A stretch of DNA of 64,000 bases. Origin: an uncultured Pseudomonadales bacterium (lineage in GTDB: Bacteria > Patescibacteriota > Microgenomatia > UBA1400 > UBA12028). The notes beneath the pieces were generated by a model that searched no databases, was not told the DNA's origin, and was given only the letters and a program-made list of their open reading frames with translations. Below, piece after piece: positions 32,326 to 41,844 of the stretch (the first letter of the stretch is position 1; each line of letters opens with the position of its first letter). The position numbers and the translations under genes are program-made. The DNA is taken from the NCBI GenBank assembly GCA_964635905.1, contig CAZWPK010000002.1, positions 77,621-141,620 of the forward strand, written 5' to 3'.

Positions 32326-33434
32326 ACTGAACTACCAACCTTTTCATATGCTTTTATGGTTTCTTTAGCAGTCTTCTCCCATGAGAATCGTGCAGCTTGC
32401 TCGACCCCTTTTTTAACCATTGCTTGCAACTGCTTATCAGAATATCGCAGCACTTTTTCAATTGCTTGTCGGCAGTCATCCACTTCCATTGGGTGGAAAT
32501 AGACAGCAGCTTCACCAGCGACTTCCGGTAGGCTACCAGCTCGAGAACACACGATTGGCGTTTTACATTGCATTGCTTCTAGGACGGGTAATCCAAATCC
32601 TTCGTAGAGTGACGGTTGAATGTAAAAGCTAGCTAACGAATAGACTCCTGATAGTTCCTCAACAGAATCCCCTTGTAAGGAATCGATGATCAACACTCTT
32701 TTCTCAAGTCCTAGTCTAGAAATGGATTGATGAATCGCTCTGCCTTCTGGAATAGATTGATTATTCATGCTTCGACCAACAAGAACCACATTCAGTTTAG
32801 GAATTTTGGAAACGACATTGAGCAAGAATGGCAAGTTCTTATTGTAATTAATATCTCCCACATAGAGAGCAAAATGTTTCGGCAAATTATATTTTTTCCG
32901 CACCGTATCTAGAATTCCTTGTTGGGGCTTTCGAATATCAGGGGACGCAGCTAAATACACTACGGAGATTTTATCGGATTTGACATGAAGATGATCGACA
33001 ATATCACGCTTGGAACTCTCCGAGTCAGTAATGATATGAGAAACAGATCGTAACGCAAACTTCTGTCTCCAAAAGTTTACCGTACCTTTAATTCCTTTCG
33101 GATAATGCAGTGGAAAGAGCAGCGGGATAACATCATGGATCGTGACCACAGTTCTGGCGCGTTTTGGGATCGGTAGGGTCGGAAAAAACAAATCAAAAAA
33201 AGGATAGTGGACGATATCCACCGTATTTTGTTCGATCGTTTCCGGCGTAAAAATCTGATGCGATGATGAATTCTCCCGTAGGGCACGGTAAAGCTCCGCT
33301 GTGTAGCGACCAATGCCTCGAATGGCACTACCGTTTGTAAGTGGTGAGGTATCAACAAGAATGTTCATTGACTGTACTCTACTCACCATTGTAAAAACAT
33401 TCAATCCCTGCTTATCACAAAATGCCGTGTACAA
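32322..33434 (-). CDS. Glycosyltransferase family 4
   Basis: IQPSLYEGFGLPVLEAMQCKTPIVCSRAGSLPEV is the GT4 E-x7-E motif. 370 aa. Confidence 0.7.
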   Translation of the reverse strand: MYTAFCDKQGLNVFTMVSRVQSMNILVDTSPLTNGSAIRGIGRYTAELYRALRENSSSHQIFTPETIEQNTVDIVHYPFFDLFFPTLPIPKRARTVVTIHDVIPLLFPLHYPKGIKGTVNFWRQKFALRSVSHIITDSESSKRDIVDHLHVKSDKISVVYLAASPDIRKPQQGILDTVRKKYNLPKHFALYVGDINYNKNLPFLLNVVSKIPKLNVVLVGRSMNNQSIPEGRAIHQSISRLGLEKRVLIIDSLQGDSVEELSGVYSLASFYIQPSLYEGFGLPVLEAMQCKTPIVCSRAGSLPEVAGEAAVYFHPMEVDDCRQAIEKVLRYSDKQLQAMVKKGVEQAARFSWEKTAKETIKAYEKVGSSV

Positions 33435-35146
33435 TTAATGTAGTCCTACCTATGAAAATACGACACTGGCCAATTTGGCACTCTCAAACCTTTTACCTGT
33501 TTCTGATTTTTGGCTTGGCTCTCTTCCTTCGAGTATTTCATCTGGATCAGATACCATTTGGTCTCCATGAAGATGAAATGATGAATGGGTATGTCGGACG
33601 ATTTATTCTGCTGAATGGGAAAGATCTGTACGCAAACAAATGGCCGCTTCTATTTTTTGACAATTTTGGTGACTATCCCAACGTAATACCTATGTATATC
33701 TCGGGTATTTTTACCTTTCTGTTTGGAGTTACTGCATTTGCTGTCCGATTTCCGATTGCGGTCATCGGTTCAATGATTGTGTTTCCAGTCTACAAAATTG
33801 CGTACTCAATCTTTAAAAACTCAAAGATTTCACTATTAGCAGCGACATTAATTGCCATTACCCCATGGCATATCATCTTATCTCGATCGACAGCCGAGAA
33901 CATTTTGGCAACAACGGTCTACTTTTCTGGTGTTTTCTTCTTACTGAAGTGGATTCATGAAGAAAAATCTAATCGTACTCCCATTCTGCTTTCAGTACTT
34001 TTTCTAGCTTTGACCTATGTACTCTATCCGGGATATCGTATCGTCTCGCCGCTAACCCTCTTTTTGGGTATCTTCTTTGCTGCCGATAAGAAACAGCGAC
34101 TAATTCTTTCGATCATTACACTCTGTTTCTTTGTGACAACCTTTGCAATATCAAGAACATATTGGGGGCAAGGAAGATTTCAGCAGACATCCATCTTCTA
34201 TTTCAATAATACGGTACAAGGGAGACTCGATGGTTTGGCGGTTGGTGAAGGTCAGATGAATGTCCTGACTGCCAGAATATTTCATAACAAAATTGTTGGA
34301 TATTCCAGAGAATTTCTACACCAGTATGTGTCGTATTTTTCGTTTCCGATGTTGTTTTCCCAAGGTGGTTTACCGGGAAGATATCGGTTAGATGACAGTG
34401 GCTTGTTGTATTATTCGTACTTAATCATTATTGTCGTTGCTTTTCTTTCCGTAACATTCCTTCCCCGTCAACAGAAGTCAAAAACTCCTTGGTCTACGGA
34501 ATCCAAAACTTTCCTTTTCATACTACTTTTATTTGCTATCTCCCCAATCCCTAGCTCCCTAACATTAGATGACGTTCCAAATGTGCATCGCACCGTCACC
34601 ATGTCCGTATTCTTTGTTCTTCTCACCACGTATGCGTACGCACAGATCGGGACGATTCATTGGAAGCGCTTTCAGTTGCGTTGGCTTCTTTTGGTGCTGG
34701 TAGGCATTGAAAGCGTGTATTTTTGGCATCAATGGATGACGCATTCCCCAGCGTCTCAAACAGTACATCGTGGAGATGATAGAACTGCTCTAGCCCGATA
34801 TATCATCGAAAATCAGGATCGTTATGATCAAATTTATTTGCCCCAAGATGCAAAACCTCTGTATTACCTGTTTTACTCCAATAGTTTTGATGCATCGCTA
34901 GCAGGACAATTCCAAAAGAATATTCGCTTATCACAGTTTGGAAAAGTTCACTTTACAAAAAATAATTGTCCTTCTGAGGAGATCCTAACCGCGATGACTC
35001 CACGTTCATTACTTGTTGATCGAGGCGAATGTTCAACGGCTGGACCACTAGAAGGAATTGCAACAATTAAACGAGTGAATGCAACGAACTCCTTTAGGAT
35101 TTACGTCTTAGCAAGTCCACTTCCGACTCCCGTACCATTGCGTTAG
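33422..35146 (+). CDS. ArnT/PMT-like GT-C glycosyltransferase (COG1807-like), paralog A1
   Basis: 574 aa. The first loop FGLHEDEMMNGYVGRF carries the DE...Y motif where ArnT/PMT enzymes have theirs. It has about 11 to 13 TM helices and a C-terminal soluble domain. Confidence 0.55.
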   Translation: MPCTINVVLPMKIRHWPIWHSQTFYLFLIFGLALFLRVFHLDQIPFGLHEDEMMNGYVGRFILLNGKDLYANKWPLLFFDNFGDYPNVIPMYISGIFTFLFGVTAFAVRFPIAVIGSMIVFPVYKIAYSIFKNSKISLLAATLIAITPWHIILSRSTAENILATTVYFSGVFFLLKWIHEEKSNRTPILLSVLFLALTYVLYPGYRIVSPLTLFLGIFFAADKKQRLILSIITLCFFVTTFAISRTYWGQGRFQQTSIFYFNNTVQGRLDGLAVGEGQMNVLTARIFHNKIVGYSREFLHQYVSYFSFPMLFSQGGLPGRYRLDDSGLLYYSYLIIIVVAFLSVTFLPRQQKSKTPWSTESKTFLFILLLFAISPIPSSLTLDDVPNVHRTVTMSVFFVLLTTYAYAQIGTIHWKRFQLRWLLLVLVGIESVYFWHQWMTHSPASQTVHRGDDRTALARYIIENQDRYDQIYLPQDAKPLYYLFYSNSFDASLAGQFQKNIRLSQFGKVHFTKNNCPSEEILTAMTPRSLLVDRGECSTAGPLEGIATIKRVNATNSFRIYVLASPLPTPVPLR

Positions 35147-36039
35147 GTGTGTTGCTGATATGAAGATTCAACGTATTTTAGAAATGCGATCGGCCAGTGA
35201 AGTCCACTTAGTAGTGACCAAACAAACCCACTAAATCCATCTAAATAACCTTTGTGTCGAAAAAAGAGTAGCACAAAGATTTTGAGTGGTTGCCAAACCA
35301 CATAGTGGATAAACGATGGAAGAGACACGGGAACTTGGTTCGCTTGAAGCTGATCCGCAGTTAAACTGGTATAGCGATTTGCGCGCAGTAGGTACCGAGA
35401 AAAAGTCGGGTCAGCTTGATGAATCATCGGTTCGATCAACCAACTGACTCCACCAGTGACATCCATGGTTTCATGAACATCTTTACATGGCCAAACTGCA
35501 GTCCCATTTTTTACTAAGCGAATTACTCCGTCAGGAAAAACACCAGCATGCATCAGATAGGACCCTAAAAACCAATTTTTTCGAGCAATAAAATATGCCG
35601 TAATTGGCGCGGTTGTTTTATACTCTTTCTGATTGCGTAATTCTAGGTTGTGGTAATGGGCGAGGTATGATTTCCGAACGGACTCTGGTAGGTAATCGAA
35701 ATTGGATACAGTGGTTGAAGGGTGGACTCCTGAAATAACCTGCAAGATTTCATCTTTTAGCTCTGGCGTTACAATTTCGTCAGCATCAAGATACAAAATC
35801 CATTCCCCTTTTGCCTTTTCACCCACAGCCTGTTTGTTGAAGTGAAACATCTTTTTATTGGTCATGGGTACTACAGTCGCCCCAAAAGATTTTGCAACTT
35901 TTACAGTGTTATCCGTACTTTCCCCATCCGCTATTAAAATCTCATCTGCAAACCCAACCAAGGGAGGCAAAGAAAGTTGTAAGTTTTCTGCCTCATTATG
36001 TGTTGCAATGACTACCGATAGTTTTAATTCCTTTTTCAT
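35143..36039 (-). CDS. Glycosyltransferase family 2 (WaaE/KdtX-like subfamily)
   Basis: LSVVIATHNEAENLQLSLPPLVGFADEILIADGESTDNT and DxD YLDADEIV. Paralog of 43876..44706 and 45709..46632. Confidence 0.7.
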   Translation of the reverse strand: MKKELKLSVVIATHNEAENLQLSLPPLVGFADEILIADGESTDNTVKVAKSFGATVVPMTNKKMFHFNKQAVGEKAKGEWILYLDADEIVTPELKDEILQVISGVHPSTTVSNFDYLPESVRKSYLAHYHNLELRNQKEYKTTAPITAYFIARKNWFLGSYLMHAGVFPDGVIRLVKNGTAVWPCKDVHETMDVTGGVSWLIEPMIHQADPTFSRYLLRANRYTSLTADQLQANQVPVSLPSFIHYVVWQPLKIFVLLFFRHKGYLDGFSGFVWSLLSGLHWPIAFLKYVESSYQQHT

Positions 36040-36494
36040 AATGCCGAAATATCAATTCGATTAAATAATGCGACACTGGGTGGTGCTAGCTCATAGTCAC
36101 TCAGTTTGTTGATATCAGCCCAGACGAATTCCTGATGTTCATCGCTTAATTTGACAGTAACCGTCAAAGCATCCTGTCTTAATTGTACTGCATAAACCCA
36201 AAACTTCATTTCACACCATACTTTTTCGCCGGTAGGAAGAATCTTTTCTGCTGCAGCACTACCCTGATCATCCACTAATTGAACTTGCTCTATTGGATAC
36301 TCTATTCCGGTTTCTTCAAACACTTCACGGACTAACGCTTGCTGTAATGATTCGTTCGGTTCAGCACCACCCCCTGGAATGTGCCAAGTCGATAAGTACA
36401 CACCCCCATGCACTGGATTCTTTTTGACCATGAGTAACTTATGGTCATGGCTTAAAATTAACGCTGCTACAATCTGACGTGCAATGGTTTTCAT
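36036..36494 (-). CDS. Nudix hydrolase
   Basis: Perfect Nudix box G-x5-E-x7-REVxEExGI (GGGAEPNESLQQALVREVFEETGIE). 152 aa. Confidence 0.8.
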   Translation of the reverse strand: MKTIARQIVAALILSHDHKLLMVKKNPVHGGVYLSTWHIPGGGAEPNESLQQALVREVFEETGIEYPIEQVQLVDDQGSAAAEKILPTGEKVWCEMKFWVYAVQLRQDALTVTVKLSDEHQEFVWADINKLSDYELAPPSVALFNRIDISAL

Positions 36495-36498
36495 AGGT

Positions 36499-38172
36499 TC
36501 ACTGTCTCCAAATGACCCATACGGTCGTCATATCAGGACGTCTGATGAATGCAGTCACTTCTGCCTGAGGTGGAACAGCATCAGGACTAGTGGCGTAGAT
36601 TCCTGTAGTGCTTCCCACTGCGTCAATGAAATGATAATCCCCTACCTGCAGCAGTTCTAATTGATCTTTTGGAAGATCGGACTCGATGTGTTGTACAGCT
36701 TTTGGATCATAGTTTGAAAAGAAGAGATAGTACATTGAAGGCCGACCTTGATACCTGCTTACATAGACTTGTTCACCATCTTTCTTTTGTTTTTCTAAAG
36801 TGGAGAAAAGTTCCTTGTATCCGAATTGCCAATCATTTGCGCTGATCACTGGATACGCTAGTTGAGACCAACTTAGAAAACGGGCACCGTAAAAGAAGTA
36901 TCCACCGATTAAACAGAGAAAGATAATTTTTTGAAGTCGTTTATTGGTGCGTTCAAAAATCCATAGATAACCGAGACTGGAAAGAATCGAGAACGCTGGC
37001 GCTGCAATCAAAAACCGTAAGGCGTGCGGAGATGGAGTGACCAAAGCTGGCGCAACTGCTGCCAGGGCAATCCAGCCGACAATCACGATCATTGAGACTA
37101 GCTTTTGTTGTGCCATCCGATCATCTTGAGTTGTCTTCTCCTTTTTGGATCGCAGCGCTCTTACCAGTTTCAGTGAACCAATCAGAATCACTCCAACAAT
37201 TCCAATACTTTCAATTGGATAGAGTAGGCCACCGTTTCCGATTCCATGACGCAAATTTCCATCCCCTCTAAGAAATAGGAACGGGACGGAAAAATGGGAG
37301 AGCATCTGCCCCAAAAAGACTTCAGCAAAAAATCGATACCGATGAAAAAGGACTCGTGATAGGGTCGAATTTCCATGAGCCTCAATTGCAGCGTTACTTT
37401 TTAAAATTGGGTCAATATCTGAGAAGATTGACGTCTGTGTAAACCGCGACGATACAACGGAATTATTTAAGTTTAGAATAAAGGGCCCGATAAGTGCTAC
37501 CGCAACAATACTAGAGAGTAACGCTGAAAGCCAAAACCTTGGCAACAGTTTCTCTTTCCAATACTGAGTAAAGACAATACTCCCACCCATCGCCCCGACG
37601 AGTGGAGCAAACAAGCGTGCAGCATGATAGATATACATCGATACTCCCAAACACAACGCAGAAAGTAGTAGGTAGGGTGCAGTCTTTCTAGCTTTCAGAA
37701 GAAAATAGGCACCACCCAAAATAAAGGTCAAAGCAAGATTCACTTCCCAGCCTCCTCTCGAAAATTGAATCGCCCAAGGTTGAATTCCAAACAAGAAGGC
37801 TGCCAGAATCGCCGACTTTTTGGTAAACAGTTCTTTTGTGATCAGGTAGACGAGATACATACTGACAACACCCGCAATCGCAGAGGGCAAACGAACACTC
37901 CATGCATTCAGTCCAAGAGTAGAAACAAATGGAACCAGCGCATAAAAATACCCACTTGGTTTGTAGTCTCCAAACGATGGAAAGGCTAAAACAGGCAAAG
38001 TATTCCCATGATGATCTTTTCCAGTTTTTGCGATGGAGTAGGCATCGTAGCCTAACGCAACTTCTTCCCAATATAATGATGGGGGTACGGAATCGAGCTT
38101 ATAGAGTCGCAAAAATGATGAGACAACTAGAATGAAAAAAAGTACGATCGATGAGGATGATAGTCGTTTCAT
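36499..38172 (-). CDS. ArnT/PMT-like GT-C glycosyltransferase, paralog A2
   Basis: First-loop motif PPSLYWEEVALGYDAYSIAKTGKDHHGN is homologous to the A1 and A3 paralogs. I chose the internal Met (MKRLSSSSIVLFF...) as the start, which abuts the stop of the 2H gene. The track ORF extends to 38346. Confidence 0.55.
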   Translation of the reverse strand: MKRLSSSSIVLFFILVVSSFLRLYKLDSVPPSLYWEEVALGYDAYSIAKTGKDHHGNTLPVLAFPSFGDYKPSGYFYALVPFVSTLGLNAWSVRLPSAIAGVVSMYLVYLITKELFTKKSAILAAFLFGIQPWAIQFSRGGWEVNLALTFILGGAYFLLKARKTAPYLLLSALCLGVSMYIYHAARLFAPLVGAMGGSIVFTQYWKEKLLPRFWLSALLSSIVAVALIGPFILNLNNSVVSSRFTQTSIFSDIDPILKSNAAIEAHGNSTLSRVLFHRYRFFAEVFLGQMLSHFSVPFLFLRGDGNLRHGIGNGGLLYPIESIGIVGVILIGSLKLVRALRSKKEKTTQDDRMAQQKLVSMIVIVGWIALAAVAPALVTPSPHALRFLIAAPAFSILSSLGYLWIFERTNKRLQKIIFLCLIGGYFFYGARFLSWSQLAYPVISANDWQFGYKELFSTLEKQKKDGEQVYVSRYQGRPSMYYLFFSNYDPKAVQHIESDLPKDQLELLQVGDYHFIDAVGSTTGIYATSPDAVPPQAEVTAFIRRPDMTTVWVIWRQ

Positions 38173-38825
38173 AAATGAATTGTCTGAATGCATGTCGAAT
38201 ATGCCGGATCTAAGATCCTCTTTTGATGACGATACACTTCCACGGTGGAAATTGACAGCGGACCAAAATTTGTATGCCGATTGTTCTTTAACATCTGAAT
38301 ATATCCTGCCTTCGGAGGATGACAATACCGCGATAAATTCACCCAACCCATGTATTCATAACTCGACAAATGTGTTGTGTAGTCATCTCCATGAATAGAT
38401 AGTTGGCTACGAATGGCCTGTCGAAGTGAAAAGATTGAAAAATTTTGAGGATAGGCTGACACCGAACAAGAATACTGATTGGTTGCCGCCCCCAGAAGCT
38501 CAAATTGCATTGGAACTGTCAGAACGGATTGTAGAACTGCTGCTAATCTTGTCTGGTCATACTCTTCAGGTATTCGACCCAAAATTGTCAAATGGTAGAG
38601 TGAAATTGGATAATAGAACTGATTTGGATCTTCTGCCTCTAGCTTCTCTTGAAACATTTTTAGCATTCCAGTACTTTTGGAGTCTAATCTGCCAACAATG
38701 GTGATGTGAGTAGGTTCAATGGCGAAATCATACGAAACAACATCTGTGGCTTTAAACTCATCGAGTTGTGTACTACTTTGACGGGAAAATTGCTCGAAAA
38801 TGGAAGGGTCATCAACGGTGTTCAT
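38169..38825 (-). CDS. 2H phosphoesterase superfamily protein (LigT/ThpR-like cyclic phosphodiesterase)
   Basis: Two H-x-T-x motifs (PTHITIVG and YHLTILG) about 80 aa apart, which is the hallmark of the 2H family. Starting at the internal Met removes the overlap with the DUF1653 gene. Confidence 0.5.
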   Translation of the reverse strand: MNTVDDPSIFEQFSRQSSTQLDEFKATDVVSYDFAIEPTHITIVGRLDSKSTGMLKMFQEKLEAEDPNQFYYPISLYHLTILGRIPEEYDQTRLAAVLQSVLTVPMQFELLGAATNQYSCSVSAYPQNFSIFSLRQAIRSQLSIHGDDYTTHLSSYEYMGWVNLSRYCHPPKAGYIQMLKNNRHTNFGPLSISTVEVYRHQKRILDPAYSTCIQTIHL

Positions 38826-39036
38826 ATACAAATCTTGGAACCGTTTTTCCATCTAGCTGCACCTGTTCTGTAAACATTGATAGTGGCCGTACCCATACGG
38901 ATGACGTTTTTGATTCGTACAGAGGAACATAGACCACCAATTTTTCCAGCGACTCACTATGCGTTGCAATTGCTAACACATAATAGTACTTCCCTTTGTA
39001 ATGTCGATAGGTTCCACCCACCGTTACGTCCAACAT
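38812..39036 (-). CDS. DUF1653-like small protein
   Basis: 74 aa. The GTYRHYKG...YYV...ATHSE...VVY...LY...WVRPL.MF pattern matches my recollection of the DUF1653 signature. Confidence 0.45.
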   Translation of the reverse strand: MLDVTVGGTYRHYKGKYYYVLAIATHSESLEKLVVYVPLYESKTSSVWVRPLSMFTEQVQLDGKTVPRFVYEHR

Positions 39037-39041
39037 AGCAG

Positions 39042-40580
39042 TTATTGTTTGACAACCCAGAAAGCTGGCTTTCCATCCGGATACCTAATCTCTTTGACTA
39101 AATTTGCGTTTGAAGGGAAATCGTTTTGAGTGCCCACAACAAGAACCTTCCCCTGTCCCTTTGCGTCGTTAAATGGCGTATTGGAGATTGAATAGTTTGC
39201 AAGTGCACCTTGTCGGTATTGAATAGGATTGAGCTGTTTAAAAAGCAAAAGATAGATATAGGCTTGGCCATAGGCGTTTGTAAAATAAATTTTATCCACA
39301 CTGGCTTCCTCAGCTCGAACATACTCTAGTAGTTCTTGATAACCATATCCGAATTCGCTTAACGCAGTTGAGGTTGAATAGGTACGGGTATAGTGTTGTA
39401 CATAGTTAAAACACGAATACAAGGATATGCAAATGATGGCGGCACTCAACACCCGTGGCATCAAGACTGTAGACCTTACGTTGGTTGGTAATTTCAGATG
39501 CGAGAACAAACTGGAACAGCCGATGCTAACAATAATTTGCACCCAAGGAAGCCCTAAGATCGCTCGATTGGCATGGGGAACATCCAATCCAATTGCTGCA
39601 GGAAGCACAGATATCACATACATCGTAGGAATCCACCATAATCTGCGAAAGTCTTTATGCAGCACAATACTACCTACCCCAATCAATAGTAATCCGAATT
39701 CAAGTGGGTAAAGTATCCCAATCTCTTTAGTACTATGTCGGTACGTGATGTCATTTCCAGAGAGTAAATAGGACGGTGCAAACTGCGTTGCGATGTGAGA
39801 AAAGAAGAGTGATATAGCTTGAGGGTTACCAACAATCGTCGTACTCATCGCTCGATCATTCGCTTTCCCAAAAAATGACGCATACCCTAACGGAAGCAGT
39901 AGAATTCCGGCGATAACACCCGAAAATAAAAACCATCTCAATGATTTAGCAATATCTCGGTACAAAATTGTAACCAGTACAATCACAAATAAGGGAACGA
40001 CTACTTTGGCACTATGATACGCATACAGCGATAGGGAAAATGCTAACGCCCCAAGCGTCCAACAGTAGGGTCGGTTTCGTGCCACAAGCCAAGACAAGAT
40101 ACCAAATGAGACAAGAAACGCTGCAAGCATCGATTCAAAACCAATACGAGAAAAATGAATCGCCCACGGAGAAATCGCCACAAACAGCATCGACAAGAGA
40201 CTAAGAAACTGTACTTTTCTATATCCATTGATTCCAGCAAAACGCACCAAAATCTGTCGTGTCAAAAAAAACGTTATGATGACTAACCCGATTCCACTAA
40301 GAGCGATGGGTAATCGGATCAAGAAAGCACTGGGCGAAAAAAATAAAAAGAATACAGAAGTCACATAGATCAGTAGAGGAGATTTGTAGTCGCCAAAAGA
40401 GCGAAACACGATGGGCATTCTCTCCAGCCATTCATCTCTGTGAACAATGGCAATTCCAAAAGCGTTGTATCCTATTGCAGCTTCATCCCAAGTTAATCCA
40501 TTGGGAAACACTCCTAACTGGTAGAGTCGTAGGACACTTGCCAACACCACAATCAGAAAAAAAACTACAATCGTTTTCAC
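39042..40580 (-). CDS. ArnT/PMT-like GT-C glycosyltransferase, paralog A3
   Basis: GLTWDEAAIGYNAFGIAIVHRDEW has the DE...GY first-loop motif. 512 aa. Confidence 0.55.
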   Translation of the reverse strand: MKTIVVFFLIVVLASVLRLYQLGVFPNGLTWDEAAIGYNAFGIAIVHRDEWLERMPIVFRSFGDYKSPLLIYVTSVFFLFFSPSAFLIRLPIALSGIGLVIITFFLTRQILVRFAGINGYRKVQFLSLLSMLFVAISPWAIHFSRIGFESMLAAFLVSFGILSWLVARNRPYCWTLGALAFSLSLYAYHSAKVVVPLFVIVLVTILYRDIAKSLRWFLFSGVIAGILLLPLGYASFFGKANDRAMSTTIVGNPQAISLFFSHIATQFAPSYLLSGNDITYRHSTKEIGILYPLEFGLLLIGVGSIVLHKDFRRLWWIPTMYVISVLPAAIGLDVPHANRAILGLPWVQIIVSIGCSSLFSHLKLPTNVRSTVLMPRVLSAAIICISLYSCFNYVQHYTRTYSTSTALSEFGYGYQELLEYVRAEEASVDKIYFTNAYGQAYIYLLLFKQLNPIQYRQGALANYSISNTPFNDAKGQGKVLVVGTQNDFPSNANLVKEIRYPDGKPAFWVVKQ

Positions 40581-40712
40581 CCAGGTATTGTAGTATATGG
40601 ACAGCTCTTCCCGCTACTAGGGTGTCATTTACCTGTTTCTTTCCGTCCCCGGACTTGACATTTCTCGCTAAAAACGTGACTATTGCTTCTACTTAACTAC
40701 TTGGAGGCTATT

Positions 40713-41315
40713 ATGACCGTCACTCTTCCACCCCTACCCTTTGCACCGGATGCTCTAGAACCACACATTGATGCACAGACCATGCAAATCCATCACTCGA
40801 AACACCACCAGACGTATGTGGACAAACTCAATGCCGCCTTACAATCAGAACCGGGTGTTGAATTTAAAACCGTAGAAGAGTTATTACAACACATTTCTCA
40901 AGTTCCAGAATCAATCAATACTGCAGTCCGCAACCATGGTGGTGGACATAGTAACCATTCAATCTTCTGGCAATTATTAAGTCCGCAACCGAGCCAACCA
41001 ACGGAAGCGGTGAAGTCAGCGTTTGAACAAGCATTTAATTCTTGGGAAAATTTCGTTGAAACGTTCAATGGTGCTGCAACCAATCATTTTGGGTCGGGCT
41101 GGGCATGGGTGGTTAAAACACCGACAGGAACACTGGCAATAAAGTCCTATCCAAATCAGGACTCACCGTACATGGAAGGTAATACACCAGTTCTTGGAAT
41201 TGATGTTTGGGAGCACGCGTACTATTTAAACTATCAAAACCGTCGACCAGAGTACATCAAAGCCTTCTGGAATATTATCAACTGGGAAGAAGTTGATAAA
41301 CGGCTCTCCTTGTAA
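40713..41315 (+). CDS. sodA: Fe/Mn superoxide dismutase
   Basis: LPFAPDALEPHIDAQTMQIHHSKHHQTYV ... GIDVWEHAYYLNYQNRRPEY are canonical Fe/Mn-SOD motifs. GGAGG lies 6 nt upstream of the ATG at 40713. The track ORF starts 30 nt earlier. Confidence 0.9.
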   Translation: MTVTLPPLPFAPDALEPHIDAQTMQIHHSKHHQTYVDKLNAALQSEPGVEFKTVEELLQHISQVPESINTAVRNHGGGHSNHSIFWQLLSPQPSQPTEAVKSAFEQAFNSWENFVETFNGAATNHFGSGWAWVVKTPTGTLAIKSYPNQDSPYMEGNTPVLGIDVWEHAYYLNYQNRRPEYIKAFWNIINWEEVDKRLSL

Positions 41316-41359
41316 CGAAACGCTACATACAAAAGCAATTGCCTGACTGATTGCAGAGC

Positions 41360-41827
41360 TTAGATCGCGATTTTTTCAACACGGTAGGATTTTTCTCCCG
41401 TGGGAAGAGAAATGGTGATGGTATCCCCCACGCTCTTTCCCAGTAAGGCTTGACCAATCGGGCTCTCTTGGGAGATCTTTCCTTTTCGTGGATCCGCCTC
41501 GTATGCGCTTACAATTCGATACACAACGCTTTGATGGTCGTGAGAAATCGTAACGACATTTCCCACTCGAATCTTGTCATTGGTTGTGGTCGATAAAATA
41601 TATCCATATTTCAGTTGATATTGAATCTGACGAAGCTGTCTTGAAATGGAACCTAGCTCGAATTTGCCATAGTGATAGACACCATTCTCTGACAAATCTC
41701 CCATTTCTCGAGCGACTCGAACCCGTTCCTTTACCGCTTCTAGTTCTAAGGTTCGCTGCCCTAATTCTTTGACGAGTTGTTCATGGGCTTCCCGAGTAAA
41801 CGGAATGGCTGGATCTTGTTTCTGCAT
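41360..41827 (-). CDS. greA: Transcription elongation factor GreA
   Basis: 155 aa. The N-terminal coiled-coil ends in the acidic tip (...ARE..DLSENGVYH) and the C-terminal FKBP-like domain is present. Length and pattern match GreA. Confidence 0.8.
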   Translation of the reverse strand: MQKQDPAIPFTREAHEQLVKELGQRTLELEAVKERVRVAREMGDLSENGVYHYGKFELGSISRQLRQIQYQLKYGYILSTTTNDKIRVGNVVTISHDHQSVVYRIVSAYEADPRKGKISQESPIGQALLGKSVGDTITISLPTGEKSYRVEKIAI

Positions 41828-41844
41828 ACTGTGTGTTGACCGTA

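Noticed and set aside
36036-39036. Considered whether Nudix + 2H phosphoesterase + DUF1653 constitute an anti-phage defence or toxin-antitoxin cassette
   Set aside because: No nuclease, ATPase, sensor or mobile-element hallmarks are present. The genes are co-translated with glycosyltransferases rather than forming a discrete island. They are kept as an unexplained accessory module under findings instead.
41316-41359. Possible rho-independent terminator between convergent sodA and greA
   Set aside because: Only a weak 5-bp stem (gcaat...attgc) with a 10-nt loop and no clear T-tract. This is insufficient to call.
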